From positions 732 through 64,731 of the forward strand of contig JBPXJV010000011.1 of the NCBI GenBank assembly GCA_051715485.1: a stretch of DNA of 64,000 bases, written 5' to 3'. Shown piece after piece: positions 29,941-40,063 of this stretch. The DNA comes from Chitinophagales bacterium. GTDB lineage: Bacteria; Bacteroidota; Bacteroidia; Chitinophagales; Chitinophagaceae. Positions within the stretch are counted from its first letter, which is position 1. Each line of letters opens with the position of its first letter. The notes under the pieces are model-generated. The model had not been told where the DNA came from and did not search any database. It was given only the letters and a program-made list of their open reading frames with translations. The translations under genes were made by a program, and so were the position numbers.

Positions 29941-31572
29941 ATGTGGAAGAAACATCCTAAAGCTTTACCATTTTTATTTTTTTCTGAAATGTGGGAACGT
30001 TTCGGATATTATTTAATGATTGGCATTTTTACACTTTATCTTAAAGATGTAAAAGCAGGCTTTGCAATGACAGAAGCTGAAAGTGCTGATTTATATGGAA
30101 CTTTTATTGCCCTTGTTTTTCTTACTCCATTTTTAGGAGGCTTAATTGCTGATAGATATTGGGGCTACAGAAAATCTATCATTATTGGAGGGTTATTAAT
30201 GGGTGCTGGTTATTGCTTAATGAGTGTTCATAGTCTTCCTGTATTATATGTAAGTATGACATTGGTTATTGTTGGTAATGGATTTTTTAAACCCAATATT
30301 TCTACCTTATTGGGCAACGTTTATACTACGCCACAATACAATCATCAAAAAGATGAAGGCTACAATATTTTTTATATGGGCATTAACATTGGAGCATTTG
30401 TTTGTAATTTTTTTGGTGCTGTTTTATATAATATGCTTGGCTGGGGTTATGCTTTTGCTGCAGCAGGAATTGGTATGTTTATAGGTGTAATTATTTTTGT
30501 AATTGGTACAAAACATTATGCAGCTTTTGATATAAAAAAAGGTGTGAGAGATGGAGATATGAGCATGGGAAAAATTACTGCCCTTATTTTATTGCCATCT
30601 ATTTTAGCAGGTGTTGTAGGCTGGATTTTGCCAGGGAATATTTTTGGTAGCGATTCTACCGATGCATTCATTTTTGCCTGTGTGCCTGTAATTATTTTTT
30701 ATGCCTCATTATATTTTAAAGCTGATGAAGATGAGAAAGCTCCAATAGGTGTACTACTAACCATTTTTGCTGTTGTAGTAATGTTTTGGGCTGTATTTAA
30801 ACAAAATGGAACAGCTTTAAATACTTGGGCAGATAGATATACTGATAGGTCTGTTTCTGGCAATACTGAAAGTATATTTAATGCAGTAAAACTTACTCAA
30901 ACATTAGAGTATAAAAAAGATTCTGTACCTAAATATGATCATTTTTTTAGGCTACAAAAAGAAAATGGAAAAGTAATAAAAGAATATAATTATCCTGTTT
31001 ATTTTAGAAATGATGTTCAAACTAAAATGCAAACAGAAGGTGGTACATTGAGTGTTTGGTCAACCAACCTTAGCCAAAGTATTAACCCTGCTTGGGTAAT
31101 ACTTTTAACACCATTAGTTGTAGCATTTTTTACTTGGCTAAGAGGAAGAAAAAAAGAACCAAGTACACCAACAAAAATAGCCTTTGGTTTATTTATTTCT
31201 GCACTCTCTGTTTTAGTAATGATTGCTGCTGTAAAAGCAGGTAATAATGGAACAGAAAAAGTTAGTGTTTGGTGGTTGATGGGAAGTTATGGAGTGATAA
31301 CAGTTGGAGAATTATTGTTAAGCCCAATGGGTTTATCATTAGTCTCAAAACTAAGCCCAGTGCGTATTACATCATTAATGATGGGAGGTTGGTTTTTATC
31401 AACATCAATTGGCAATAAGCTTTCAGGAGTATTAGCAAGTATGTGGGATACTTATGAAAATAAAGCAAACTTTTTTTGGTTAAATTTTGTACTGCTTATG
31501 GCTTCTGCTGCATTATTATTTTTAATGTTGAAGAAGTTGAATAAAGTAATGAAAGAAAGAGGTATTAGTTAA
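29941..31572 (+). CDS. POT/PTR2 family peptide transporter (second, divergent paralogue)
   Basis: EMWERFGYYLM, GGLIADRYWG, FYMGINIGAF. Confidence 0.85.
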   Translation: MWKKHPKALPFLFFSEMWERFGYYLMIGIFTLYLKDVKAGFAMTEAESADLYGTFIALVFLTPFLGGLIADRYWGYRKSIIIGGLLMGAGYCLMSVHSLPVLYVSMTLVIVGNGFFKPNISTLLGNVYTTPQYNHQKDEGYNIFYMGINIGAFVCNFFGAVLYNMLGWGYAFAAAGIGMFIGVIIFVIGTKHYAAFDIKKGVRDGDMSMGKITALILLPSILAGVVGWILPGNIFGSDSTDAFIFACVPVIIFYASLYFKADEDEKAPIGVLLTIFAVVVMFWAVFKQNGTALNTWADRYTDRSVSGNTESIFNAVKLTQTLEYKKDSVPKYDHFFRLQKENGKVIKEYNYPVYFRNDVQTKMQTEGGTLSVWSTNLSQSINPAWVILLTPLVVAFFTWLRGRKKEPSTPTKIAFGLFISALSVLVMIAAVKAGNNGTEKVSVWWLMGSYGVITVGELLLSPMGLSLVSKLSPVRITSLMMGGWFLSTSIGNKLSGVLASMWDTYENKANFFWLNFVLLMASAALLFLMLKKLNKVMKERGIS

Positions 31573-31582
31573 ATGAAAACAT

Positions 31583-32449
31583 TTATTTCCATAAAGGCAA
31601 AATAAATTTCTTCATTAAAAATGAGGCTAATTGTTTGTCGTAAAAATTTTTACCACATTGCTTTATCCATTTAATACCAGTAATAGCATTGGTTAAAAAT
31701 ATTTCTTGAGCTTGTGCTATGTCATCTAATGTAATACTTACTTCTTGAAATGGAATACCTTCTTTTTGTAAACAAGTTAGTAAATATTTTCTCATTACAC
31801 CATTGATACAGCCTTCTGTTAAAGGTGGTGTTTTAATAATGCCATTAAGCACAATCCACACATTGGCAATGGTAGCATCTGCAATATGGTTATCAGCATT
31901 TAATAGTATAGCATCATCAACATTATTTTGCTTTGCCCATAAAGCTGCCATTGTGTAAGGCAAATAATTATTGCTTTTGATATGAGAATATTTATCAACA
32001 GTTTTTCTTACATCTTTACAAATATCAATTATTAAGCCTTCTTTATTTAATTGATGTTGAGAAAAATCTATTGCAGATGTTTGTATAATATAATTGGGTA
32101 AATAATTTTCAGCATTATACAAATCTCCATCACTTCTAAAAATATTTACACGAACTCTTGCATAATTAATGTGATTGTTTTTTGATGCAACAGTCAATAT
32201 TTTTTCTTCTAAAAATGCTGTATTAAAAAAAGGTTGTTGTTCAAATTGCAGTTGTTGCAACGAAGAAAATAATCTTTCAAAATGTAGCTCTTTCAAAATA
32301 ATTTTTCCATTGATTATTTTCATCGTTTCAAAAAAACCATCTCCATAACGTAAGCCTCTGTTATTAGCAGTAACCAATGGTATTTGTTCATCTATAAAAT
32401 TTCCATTAAAACAAATAATGTTTGTTGTATTCATTATTGCAATATTCAA
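31583..32449 (-). CDS. Class IV aminotransferase-fold protein (aminodeoxychorismate lyase PabC-like)
   Basis: NRGLRYGDGFFETM near the N-terminus, 288 aa, fold-type IV pattern. Confidence 0.65.
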   Translation of the reverse strand: MNIAIMNTTNIICFNGNFIDEQIPLVTANNRGLRYGDGFFETMKIINGKIILKELHFERLFSSLQQLQFEQQPFFNTAFLEEKILTVASKNNHINYARVRVNIFRSDGDLYNAENYLPNYIIQTSAIDFSQHQLNKEGLIIDICKDVRKTVDKYSHIKSNNYLPYTMAALWAKQNNVDDAILLNADNHIADATIANVWIVLNGIIKTPPLTEGCINGVMRKYLLTCLQKEGIPFQEVSITLDDIAQAQEIFLTNAITGIKWIKQCGKNFYDKQLASFLMKKFILPLWK

Positions 32450-32552
32450 TTTAAAAATTCTTTCATAAAAATAAACTTAATTCATACTTATTTTTGTTTA
32501 AAGAAGTAAAGCATTTACATTAGTTGCATTAGCTTCTTTTAATTAATTATTT

Positions 32553-33638
32553 ATGGAACAAGAACAACACTACAAAGTTAATCGTTATATTTTCCTTGCT
32601 TGTATAATAGTATTTGCCCTTTTATTATTGTATAGTTTATCAGAATTTTTAACAGCTTTCTTAGGTGCTGTAATTCTTTATGTTTTAAGTAAGCCAGCAA
32701 TGATATGGCTTGTAGAAAAAAAGAAATGGAAAAAACCTCTTGCAGCTATTGCATTAATTGTGGTTTCTTTTTTTATTTTCTTATTACCTGTAATACTTGC
32801 AGGCAGTTTATTGTATAAAGAAATTAGTATAGTGGTAAGCAACCCATCTATCATTATTGAGCCATTGAAAGATATTGATGTACTGCTAAAAGATAGATTG
32901 CATTTTACATTATTATCAACGCAAAACCTTGAAAAAATACAGTTGTTTGCTGGACAATCTTTGTCAATAGTGTTGAATACTGGTCTTAACTTTTTTACCA
33001 ATATTACCATGATGTATTTCTTTTTATATTTTTTAATGGTAAACATCAATAAAATTGAAAAAGGAGTAGAGCAATACCTTCCATTTAACAACGATTCTGT
33101 AAAACTTTTTGGCAACGAATTAGTAGCACAAACTATTAGCAATGCAATTGGTATTCCTTTAATTGCAGTTATTCATGGGTTATTAGGTTTTATTGCTTAT
33201 TTGATTGCTGGTATAGACCAAGCAGGATTTTTAGGAGTAGTTACAGCTTTTGCATCTGTTGTTCCTGTTGTTGGAACAGCTTTGGTTTGGGTGCCTGTTA
33301 GTATTTTTTTATTTATTAATGGAGCTACTGGTTATGGTATTTTTATTTTAGCTTGGGGTATAATTGTTATTGGTTTAAGCGACAATTTAATTAGATTTTT
33401 ATTAGCTAAAAAAATGGCAGATGTGCACCCTGTTGTTACAGTTCTTGGAATTATTTTAGGCTTAAAATATTTTGGTATAACAGGTTTAATTTTTGGTCCA
33501 CTATTAATTTCTTATTTTCTTATTTTACTAAAAATATATTATACACAATACCAAAAAATTGAACCAGAAAAAAAGAAAGAAAAATCAATTTTACCTGCTT
33601 ATTTAAGGTTTCCTTTACATGGAAAAAAGAATACCTAA
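32553..33638 (+). CDS. AI-2E family transporter (PerM/UPF0118)
   Basis: Multi-TM protein with a C-terminal DNLIRF/P..L......HPV..... pattern typical of the family. Confidence 0.7.
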   Translation: MEQEQHYKVNRYIFLACIIVFALLLLYSLSEFLTAFLGAVILYVLSKPAMIWLVEKKKWKKPLAAIALIVVSFFIFLLPVILAGSLLYKEISIVVSNPSIIIEPLKDIDVLLKDRLHFTLLSTQNLEKIQLFAGQSLSIVLNTGLNFFTNITMMYFFLYFLMVNINKIEKGVEQYLPFNNDSVKLFGNELVAQTISNAIGIPLIAVIHGLLGFIAYLIAGIDQAGFLGVVTAFASVVPVVGTALVWVPVSIFLFINGATGYGIFILAWGIIVIGLSDNLIRFLLAKKMADVHPVVTVLGIILGLKYFGITGLIFGPLLISYFLILLKIYYTQYQKIEPEKKKEKSILPAYLRFPLHGKKNT

Positions 33639-33807
33639 ATTTTTTTGCCTAAGTAAATCATTTTTTTCAGTTACTCCTAAATCTACTTATTTTTGATAAG
33701 TACCAATAAATCTATTTAATTGCAATAATTTTACACTTAATTTAAAATCAGGTACTGAAAATTTATTCATCTGATTTTTGATATTATTTTAACAGAAAAG
33801 TAATTAA

Positions 33808-34917
33808 ATGAGGTTTATATCTAAATTCGGTTTCAATATTTTATTATTATTTGTATTATTAAACTCAGCAAAGGCACAGTTTAGAAAGTACTCCAATGAA
33901 TTTTTAAATATTGGTGCAGGTGCCAGAAGTTTAGGAATGGGAAGTGTACAAGTAGCGTCTGTAAATGATGCAACTGCAGGTTATTGGAATCCTGCTGGTT
34001 TGGTATATGTAAAAAATCATCCTTCAATTTCTGTTATGCATGCAGAATATTTTGCAGGAATTGGTAAATACGATTTTGCTGCTCTTGCATTGCCATCAAA
34101 AAATGGAAATAGAACTTTAGCAATTAGTTTTATGCGTTTTGCTGTAGATGATATTCCTAATACTTTATTTTTAGTAGAGCCAGATGGTTCACTTAACTAT
34201 AATAATATTACCAGTTTTTCTTCTGCTGATTATGCCGTTTTATTAAGCTATTCTCAAATAGCTAAGCAAACAGATAATTTGTTTATTAGTTATGGAGGTA
34301 ATGCAAAAATTATTCATCGTAGTGTTGGAAGTTTTGCAAAAGCTTGGGGTTTTGGTTTAGATGCTGGTATTCAAATTAAAAAAGATAAATGGTTATTTGG
34401 TGCAACTATAAGAGATGTAACTACTACATTCAATGCTTGGTCATTTACTTTTTCTGACAGAGAAAAAGAAATTTTGTACTTAACCAATAATGATATTCCA
34501 ACAAAAAGTACAGAAATGACAGCACCAAGATTAATTGCTGCTGCAGCTCGTAATTTTAAAATTAATAGTAAAATAAATTTACTTGCAGAAGCCAATTTAC
34601 ATTTCACTTTTGATGGAAAAAGAAATACACTAGTTAGCACTAATCCTATAAGTATAGATCCTAATATTGGTGTTGAGGCAAGTATTAATAACAATATTTT
34701 TTTAAGAGCTGGAGCATCTAATTTTCAAAGAGCATTAAAAGATGGTGATACAACCAATCAAAAAAAAGTATGGATTTTTCAACCAAGTTTTGGAGCTGGA
34801 TTTAAGTTTGGTAATGTAGGTATTGATTATGCTTTTACTAATCTTACCAATCAATCAAACCCTTTATATACACATATTTTTAGTTTAAGAATTGATTTAG
34901 TAAAAAAAGAAAAATAG
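33808..34917 (+). CDS. PorV/PorQ-family outer-membrane beta-barrel (T9SS shuttle-like)
   Basis: Signal peptide. GAGARSLGMGSVQVASVNDATAGYWNPAGL resembles the conserved PorV/PorQ N-terminal motif. Ends in an aromatic-rich beta-strand pattern. Lies directly upstream of the C25 peptidase gene. Confidence 0.6.
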   Translation: MRFISKFGFNILLLFVLLNSAKAQFRKYSNEFLNIGAGARSLGMGSVQVASVNDATAGYWNPAGLVYVKNHPSISVMHAEYFAGIGKYDFAALALPSKNGNRTLAISFMRFAVDDIPNTLFLVEPDGSLNYNNITSFSSADYAVLLSYSQIAKQTDNLFISYGGNAKIIHRSVGSFAKAWGFGLDAGIQIKKDKWLFGATIRDVTTTFNAWSFTFSDREKEILYLTNNDIPTKSTEMTAPRLIAAAARNFKINSKINLLAEANLHFTFDGKRNTLVSTNPISIDPNIGVEASINNNIFLRAGASNFQRALKDGDTTNQKKVWIFQPSFGAGFKFGNVGIDYAFTNLTNQSNPLYTHIFSLRIDLVKKEK

Positions 34918-34952
34918 AAGAATAAAAAAAATTATTCATAATTATTGATGTG

Positions 34953-37900
34953 ATGAAGAATATAAAATTATACAAATTATTGTTGTGCTTATTGATGAGT
35001 TCATCTTACTTATTACATGCACAATCTTTTAATAATGAGTGGATTGATTTTAATAAAACTTATTACAAGTTTAAAGTTGGTGCAACAGGTTTGTATCGTA
35101 TCAATCAAACTGCATTACCAACTCCTATAAAAAATTCTCCTGCTGAACATTATCAACTTTGGAGAAATGGTGTACAAATTCCTTTATATACAAGTGTTGC
35201 TTCAGGAGCTTTACCTAATAATGGTTACATAGAATTTTGGGCAGAAAAAAATGATGGCAAACCAGATAAAATTTTATACAGAGATCCTTCATTTCAACTA
35301 TCAGATAAAATAAGTTTGCAAACAGATACTGCTGTTTTTTTTCTTACTGTTAATAATTTTGTTTCTCAAAATTTACGTTATACACTTGGTGCAAATAATG
35401 TTGCAGGAAATAGTTTACCACCTGAAACATATTTTACTTACACACAAAGGTTTGATTTTAAAGATATCATTCACAGGGGCTTTGGACAAAATGCAGGAGA
35501 AAGAGTTACTTCATCTTCATATGATGTAGGAGAGGGCTGGGGTACAAGAGAAATTGTTGCAGGAGATCCATATACTTTTTCAATAAATAATTTATATCCA
35601 AACACAACTGCACCTGCTGCAACTTTATCAATGGCTGTAGATGGTGTAGCATATCAATCAAGAAATGTTTCTTTAAAATTTAATGGCACAGCTTATATCA
35701 ATAATCAACCATTAGTTAATCAACAAACTGCTGTTTTTAATGCTACTGTTCCTGCAAATGCAATAAACAATGCAACAAATAATTTTAGTATAGAAGCAGA
35801 TAATGGTAACAGAATGTATGCAGCTTATGTGTTATTGAAATATTCAAGACTATTCAATTTTGCTAATACTACTGCTTTTAATTTTTCATTAGCAGCAAGT
35901 TCAAATCCTTTAGGAACTTATATTGAAATAACTAATTTTAATAGCACTGCAACACCTGTGTTATACGACTTAACAAATAGTGTAAGATATATTGCAGAAG
36001 TTTCTGGTGGTTTAATCAAATTTGCATTGCCTTATTCAACTACTTCAAGAGATTTTGTTTTAGCAAGTCAAGATGTTGCAGCAATAAATAGTGTCAATAA
36101 TTTACAGAGTAAAACTTTCATCAATTTTTCTCAAGCAGCTAATCAAGGAAATTATTTAATTGTATCAAACAAATTAGCTGGTATAAATAGTGGCGAAGCA
36201 GTTGATTTATATCGTCTATACAGAGCAAGTGCAGCAGGCGGAAATTTTAATGCAAAAATTTATGATATAGATGAGTTGGTAGATCAGTTTGCTTATGGTA
36301 TTAAAAAACATCCATTAAGTGTTAAGAATTTTACACGTTTTGCAAAACAAAATTTTACAACAAATCCTACTCACATTTTTATTATTGGAAAAGCAGTTGC
36401 TTATGATGAATATGCAATGAATGAAAGTAATAGCCTTGTAGATAAATTAAATCTTGTACCAACATTTGGTTGGCCTGCCTCTGATGCTTTACTTGTTTCA
36501 GAAGGCATTAACCCTGCTCCTTTATTGATGGTTGGTAGATTATCTGCTGTAAATCAACAAGAGGTAAATATGTATTTGCAAAAAGTACAGCAGTATGAGC
36601 AACAGTCTGTAAATAATGTTCAAACAGTTGATAATAAATTATGGCAAAAACAAATTGTACATATTGCAGGAAGCAATGATCCTAATATTGAACCATTACT
36701 TATATCTTATTTGAATGGGTATAAAAATATTATTAAAGATACTTTGTATGGAGGCGTTGTAGCAGATTTTAATACTGTTGCAACTGGTGGAGGAGCAACG
36801 CCAGAAGTTGTTAATTTACTTAAAAATTATTTTGCAAATGGTATTGCAATGCTTACTTATTTTGGTCATAGTGCTGCAACACAATTAGATTATAATTTAA
36901 ATAGCCCTTATGATTATAATAACCCAGGCAAGTATCCAATGTTTTTATTGAATGGTTGTAATGCTGGTAATTTCTTTGATTTTGATATTTCTCGTTTGGG
37001 CAATATTACTTCCTTAGCAGAGAAATTTGTTTTTGCAAATCAGCGTGGTACTATTGGTGTTATTGCAAGTTCTCATTTTGGATTAACAGGTCATTTGAAT
37101 ACATACTCCTCAACATTTTATCAATCATTAAGAAATACATCAAGCTATAATAATTATGTAGGAAGAAATATGATTGATGCAATGGCTCCATTTTCTTCTA
37201 ATGATTTCTTCTCAAGAATGCATGCAGAACAATTTGTTCTTCATGGAGACCCAGCCATTAAAATTTATGCAGCAAATAAACCAGATTTTGCAGTTGAAGA
37301 ATCTTATGTAACTATTAATCCATCTGTTGTTTCTGTTGCTGATAATAAATTTTCTTTTAAAACAAAAATATTCAATCTTGGAAAAGCACAAGCTTCAAGA
37401 GCAGTTAATGGTGGCGATTCTTTGCATGTAATTGTTAAATGGCAACATGGCGATGGAAGCATGAGCTATTTATTCAAAGGATTTTTAAAACCATCCATCA
37501 GAAGTATTGATTCTATTGCAATGGAAGTACCTATTTCGCCTGTAAGAGATAAAGGAAACAACTGTATAACAATTATTGTTGATAGCTTAAATCAATACGA
37601 TGAACTAAGTAAAACAAATAATATTACTAATAAATGTTTCTTCATTTTTGATGACGATATTAAACCAATTTATCCTTACAATTTTTCAATCATCAATAAC
37701 AATTCAGGAAAATTATATGCTTCTACTGCAAGCCCAATTGCTTTATCTAAGGAGTACAGAATGGAAATTGATACAACAGAATTATTTAATTCATCATTCA
37801 AGAAAACACAAAATATTATAAGTGTTGGTGGTGTTTTAGAATTTAATCCTGCAATTACTTACACTGATGCTACTGTATATTATTGGAGAGTTGCAGCAGT

Positions 37901-40058
37901 ACCAACTTCAGGAGAATATAGATGGAATACTGCAAGCTTTATTTATTTAAATGGTGCAGATGCAGGTTATAATCAATCACATTTATACCAACATTTTAAA
38001 AGTGTTTTGCAAAGAATTAAATTAGATAGCAGTTCAAGAAATTGGCATTTTGATTTAACTTCAACAAACTTAAATATTAGACAAGGTGTTTTTCCTTACT
38101 CAAATTACGATGCAGATTATTCTATTTCTAAAAATGGAAAATATGTTGTATCGAGTGGATGTTTAGGTTATGCTGTTCGTTGGACTTTGCTTGATGCTGT
38201 TACAATGCGTCCTTATTATAATCAGGCAATACCTTCATTAGATTCTGTTGGTGCATCAGGAGGCTTTATGGGTAGCAGTAATGTAAATTGTAGTAAACCT
38301 GGCAGACAATTTAATTTTGAATTTAGTTATAACTCTCTTGCTGATAGAAATATCATGAGAGATTTTATCAACTGGATACCTAATAATGTAATTGCAGTTG
38401 CTCGTGTAAATTTAGATTTACCTTTTGATGCAAATCCTGTAAATGTTTGGAAAACTGATAGTATTGCAAACGGAAGCATTGCAAATACTTTGTATGGAAA
38501 ATTTGTTCAAAATGGTTTTACAGATTTAGATTCTTTTTATTTCCCAAGAGCTTGGATTTTTGCTTTTCAAAAAAATAATTCATCATTAGTACCAAAATCA
38601 TCTTTTAGTTTTGATATACATGATGTAGCCAATCTTGATTTAATTATTTCTTCTACAGATACACTTGGTTATGTTACTTCTCCTTTATTAGGTCCTGCAA
38701 AACAATGGAAGCAATTAAAATGGAGAGGAAATTCATTAGACAATAGCTCTGGCGATGAACCTTTAATTGATATTATTGGTGTAACTAATTCTGGTACAGA
38801 AACAGTTTTATTTAGTAACATTTCAACAGCTCAACAAGATGTTGATATTACTTCTATTAATGCTACAAATTATCCTTATTTAAAATTAAAATTAAGCAAT
38901 AAAGATGCTGTTCATCTTACACCATATCAATTAAAATATTGGCGTTTAATTGCAGATTTATTGCCTGAAGGTGCATTAGCTCGTAATGTTTATTATTCAT
39001 TTAAAGATACTCTTGCAGCAGGAGAAATGTTGAATATTGGTATTGCTTTCAAAAATATTAGTAACTTAAATTTTACAGATAGTATTCAAGTAAATGCACT
39101 TATTACAAATAGTAATGGCATTACTACTCCTTTATCAATACCTAAACTAAAAAAGCCTTTAAATGCAGGTGATACAGCTACAGTTCGTTTGAATATTGAT
39201 ACTAAAAATTTTATAGGAAAGAATACTTTGTTTATAAATGTAAATCCTAATAATAATCCAGCAGAACAATATTTGTTTAATAATTTTATGTACAAAGATT
39301 TTTATGTTTCAGCAGATGTAATTGACCCAATTGTAGATGTAACATTTGATGGTGTACATATTTTAAGTGGAGATATTGTTTCAGCAAAACCATCTATTCG
39401 TATTGAGTTAAGAGATGAATCAAAATTCTTAACATTAAACGATACTGCAGGTATTACTGTTCATCTTCGCTATCCTGATAATACAGTTAAGCGTTATAAA
39501 TACGATTCAGATACTTTACGCTTTACACCTGCTTCTGTTGGTAATGAAAATAAAGCTATTGCAGATTTTTACCCAACCCTCACACAAGATGGAGAGTATG
39601 AATTATCTGTTAAAGGAAAAGATAGAAGTAATAATACAGCAGGTAAACAAGAATATAAAATAACATTTAGTGTAAATAATAAACCTGCAATTTCAGATGT
39701 ATTTAATTATCCTAATCCATTTACAACATCAACTGCATTTGTGTTTACATTAACAGGTAGTCAAATTCCTTCTAATATAAGAATACAAATACTTACAGTT
39801 ACAGGAAAAATTGTAAAAGAAATAAATAAAGATGAATTAGGTCCAATACATATTGGAAGAAACATTACTGAATATAAATGGGATGGTACAGATATGTATG
39901 GACAAAAATTAGCAAATGGTGTTTATTTATACAGAGTAATAACCAATCTTGATGGAAATAATTTAGAAAGATTTGAATTTAAAGATTCATTTGGAGATAA
40001 AATTTCTACAGATAAATACTTTAAAGCCGGCTATGGTAAAATGTATTTAATGCGTTAG
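34953..40058 (+). CDS. Very large C25 (gingipain-like) cysteine peptidase, PorU-like T9SS sortase candidate
   Basis: Signal peptide. Clan CD His/Cys dyad context YFGHSA ... LNGCNAG. Near-C-terminal T9SS CTD-like Ig domain (NYPNPFT...WDGTDMYGQKLANGVYLYRV). A GTG at 34950 is also possible. Confidence 0.7.
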   Translation: MKNIKLYKLLLCLLMSSSYLLHAQSFNNEWIDFNKTYYKFKVGATGLYRINQTALPTPIKNSPAEHYQLWRNGVQIPLYTSVASGALPNNGYIEFWAEKNDGKPDKILYRDPSFQLSDKISLQTDTAVFFLTVNNFVSQNLRYTLGANNVAGNSLPPETYFTYTQRFDFKDIIHRGFGQNAGERVTSSSYDVGEGWGTREIVAGDPYTFSINNLYPNTTAPAATLSMAVDGVAYQSRNVSLKFNGTAYINNQPLVNQQTAVFNATVPANAINNATNNFSIEADNGNRMYAAYVLLKYSRLFNFANTTAFNFSLAASSNPLGTYIEITNFNSTATPVLYDLTNSVRYIAEVSGGLIKFALPYSTTSRDFVLASQDVAAINSVNNLQSKTFINFSQAANQGNYLIVSNKLAGINSGEAVDLYRLYRASAAGGNFNAKIYDIDELVDQFAYGIKKHPLSVKNFTRFAKQNFTTNPTHIFIIGKAVAYDEYAMNESNSLVDKLNLVPTFGWPASDALLVSEGINPAPLLMVGRLSAVNQQEVNMYLQKVQQYEQQSVNNVQTVDNKLWQKQIVHIAGSNDPNIEPLLISYLNGYKNIIKDTLYGGVVADFNTVATGGGATPEVVNLLKNYFANGIAMLTYFGHSAATQLDYNLNSPYDYNNPGKYPMFLLNGCNAGNFFDFDISRLGNITSLAEKFVFANQRGTIGVIASSHFGLTGHLNTYSSTFYQSLRNTSSYNNYVGRNMIDAMAPFSSNDFFSRMHAEQFVLHGDPAIKIYAANKPDFAVEESYVTINPSVVSVADNKFSFKTKIFNLGKAQASRAVNGGDSLHVIVKWQHGDGSMSYLFKGFLKPSIRSIDSIAMEVPISPVRDKGNNCITIIVDSLNQYDELSKTNNITNKCFFIFDDDIKPIYPYNFSIINNNSGKLYASTASPIALSKEYRMEIDTTELFNSSFKKTQNIISVGGVLEFNPAITYTDATVYYWRVAAVPTSGEYRWNTASFIYLNGADAGYNQSHLYQHFKSVLQRIKLDSSSRNWHFDLTSTNLNIRQGVFPYSNYDADYSISKNGKYVVSSGCLGYAVRWTLLDAVTMRPYYNQAIPSLDSVGASGGFMGSSNVNCSKPGRQFNFEFSYNSLADRNIMRDFINWIPNNVIAVARVNLDLPFDANPVNVWKTDSIANGSIANTLYGKFVQNGFTDLDSFYFPRAWIFAFQKNNSSLVPKSSFSFDIHDVANLDLIISSTDTLGYVTSPLLGPAKQWKQLKWRGNSLDNSSGDEPLIDIIGVTNSGTETVLFSNISTAQQDVDITSINATNYPYLKLKLSNKDAVHLTPYQLKYWRLIADLLPEGALARNVYYSFKDTLAAGEMLNIGIAFKNISNLNFTDSIQVNALITNSNGITTPLSIPKLKKPLNAGDTATVRLNIDTKNFIGKNTLFINVNPNNNPAEQYLFNNFMYKDFYVSADVIDPIVDVTFDGVHILSGDIVSAKPSIRIELRDESKFLTLNDTAGITVHLRYPDNTVKRYKYDSDTLRFTPASVGNENKAIADFYPTLTQDGEYELSVKGKDRSNNTAGKQEYKITFSVNNKPAISDVFNYPNPFTTSTAFVFTLTGSQIPSNIRIQILTVTGKIVKEINKDELGPIHIGRNITEYKWDGTDMYGQKLANGVYLYRVITNLDGNNLERFEFKDSFGDKISTDKYFKAGYGKMYLMR

Positions 40059-40063
40059 AATAA

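Noticed and set aside
30269-30484. 71-aa same-strand, out-of-frame ORF inside the second POT gene. Similar small ORFs occur at 24388-24600, 48679-48891, 42964-43206, 4837-5073, 9997-10179, 51694-51888 and 53992-54180.
   Set aside because: They overlap well-supported genes in alternative frames or strands, with no independent signals.
33681-33700. Weak hairpin/-7-like box (TATTTTTG at 33689-33696) upstream of the PorV-like gene.
   Set aside because: The 7-bp stem is all A/T, and such octamers are frequent by chance in AT-rich DNA of this kind. This is not enough to call a feature.
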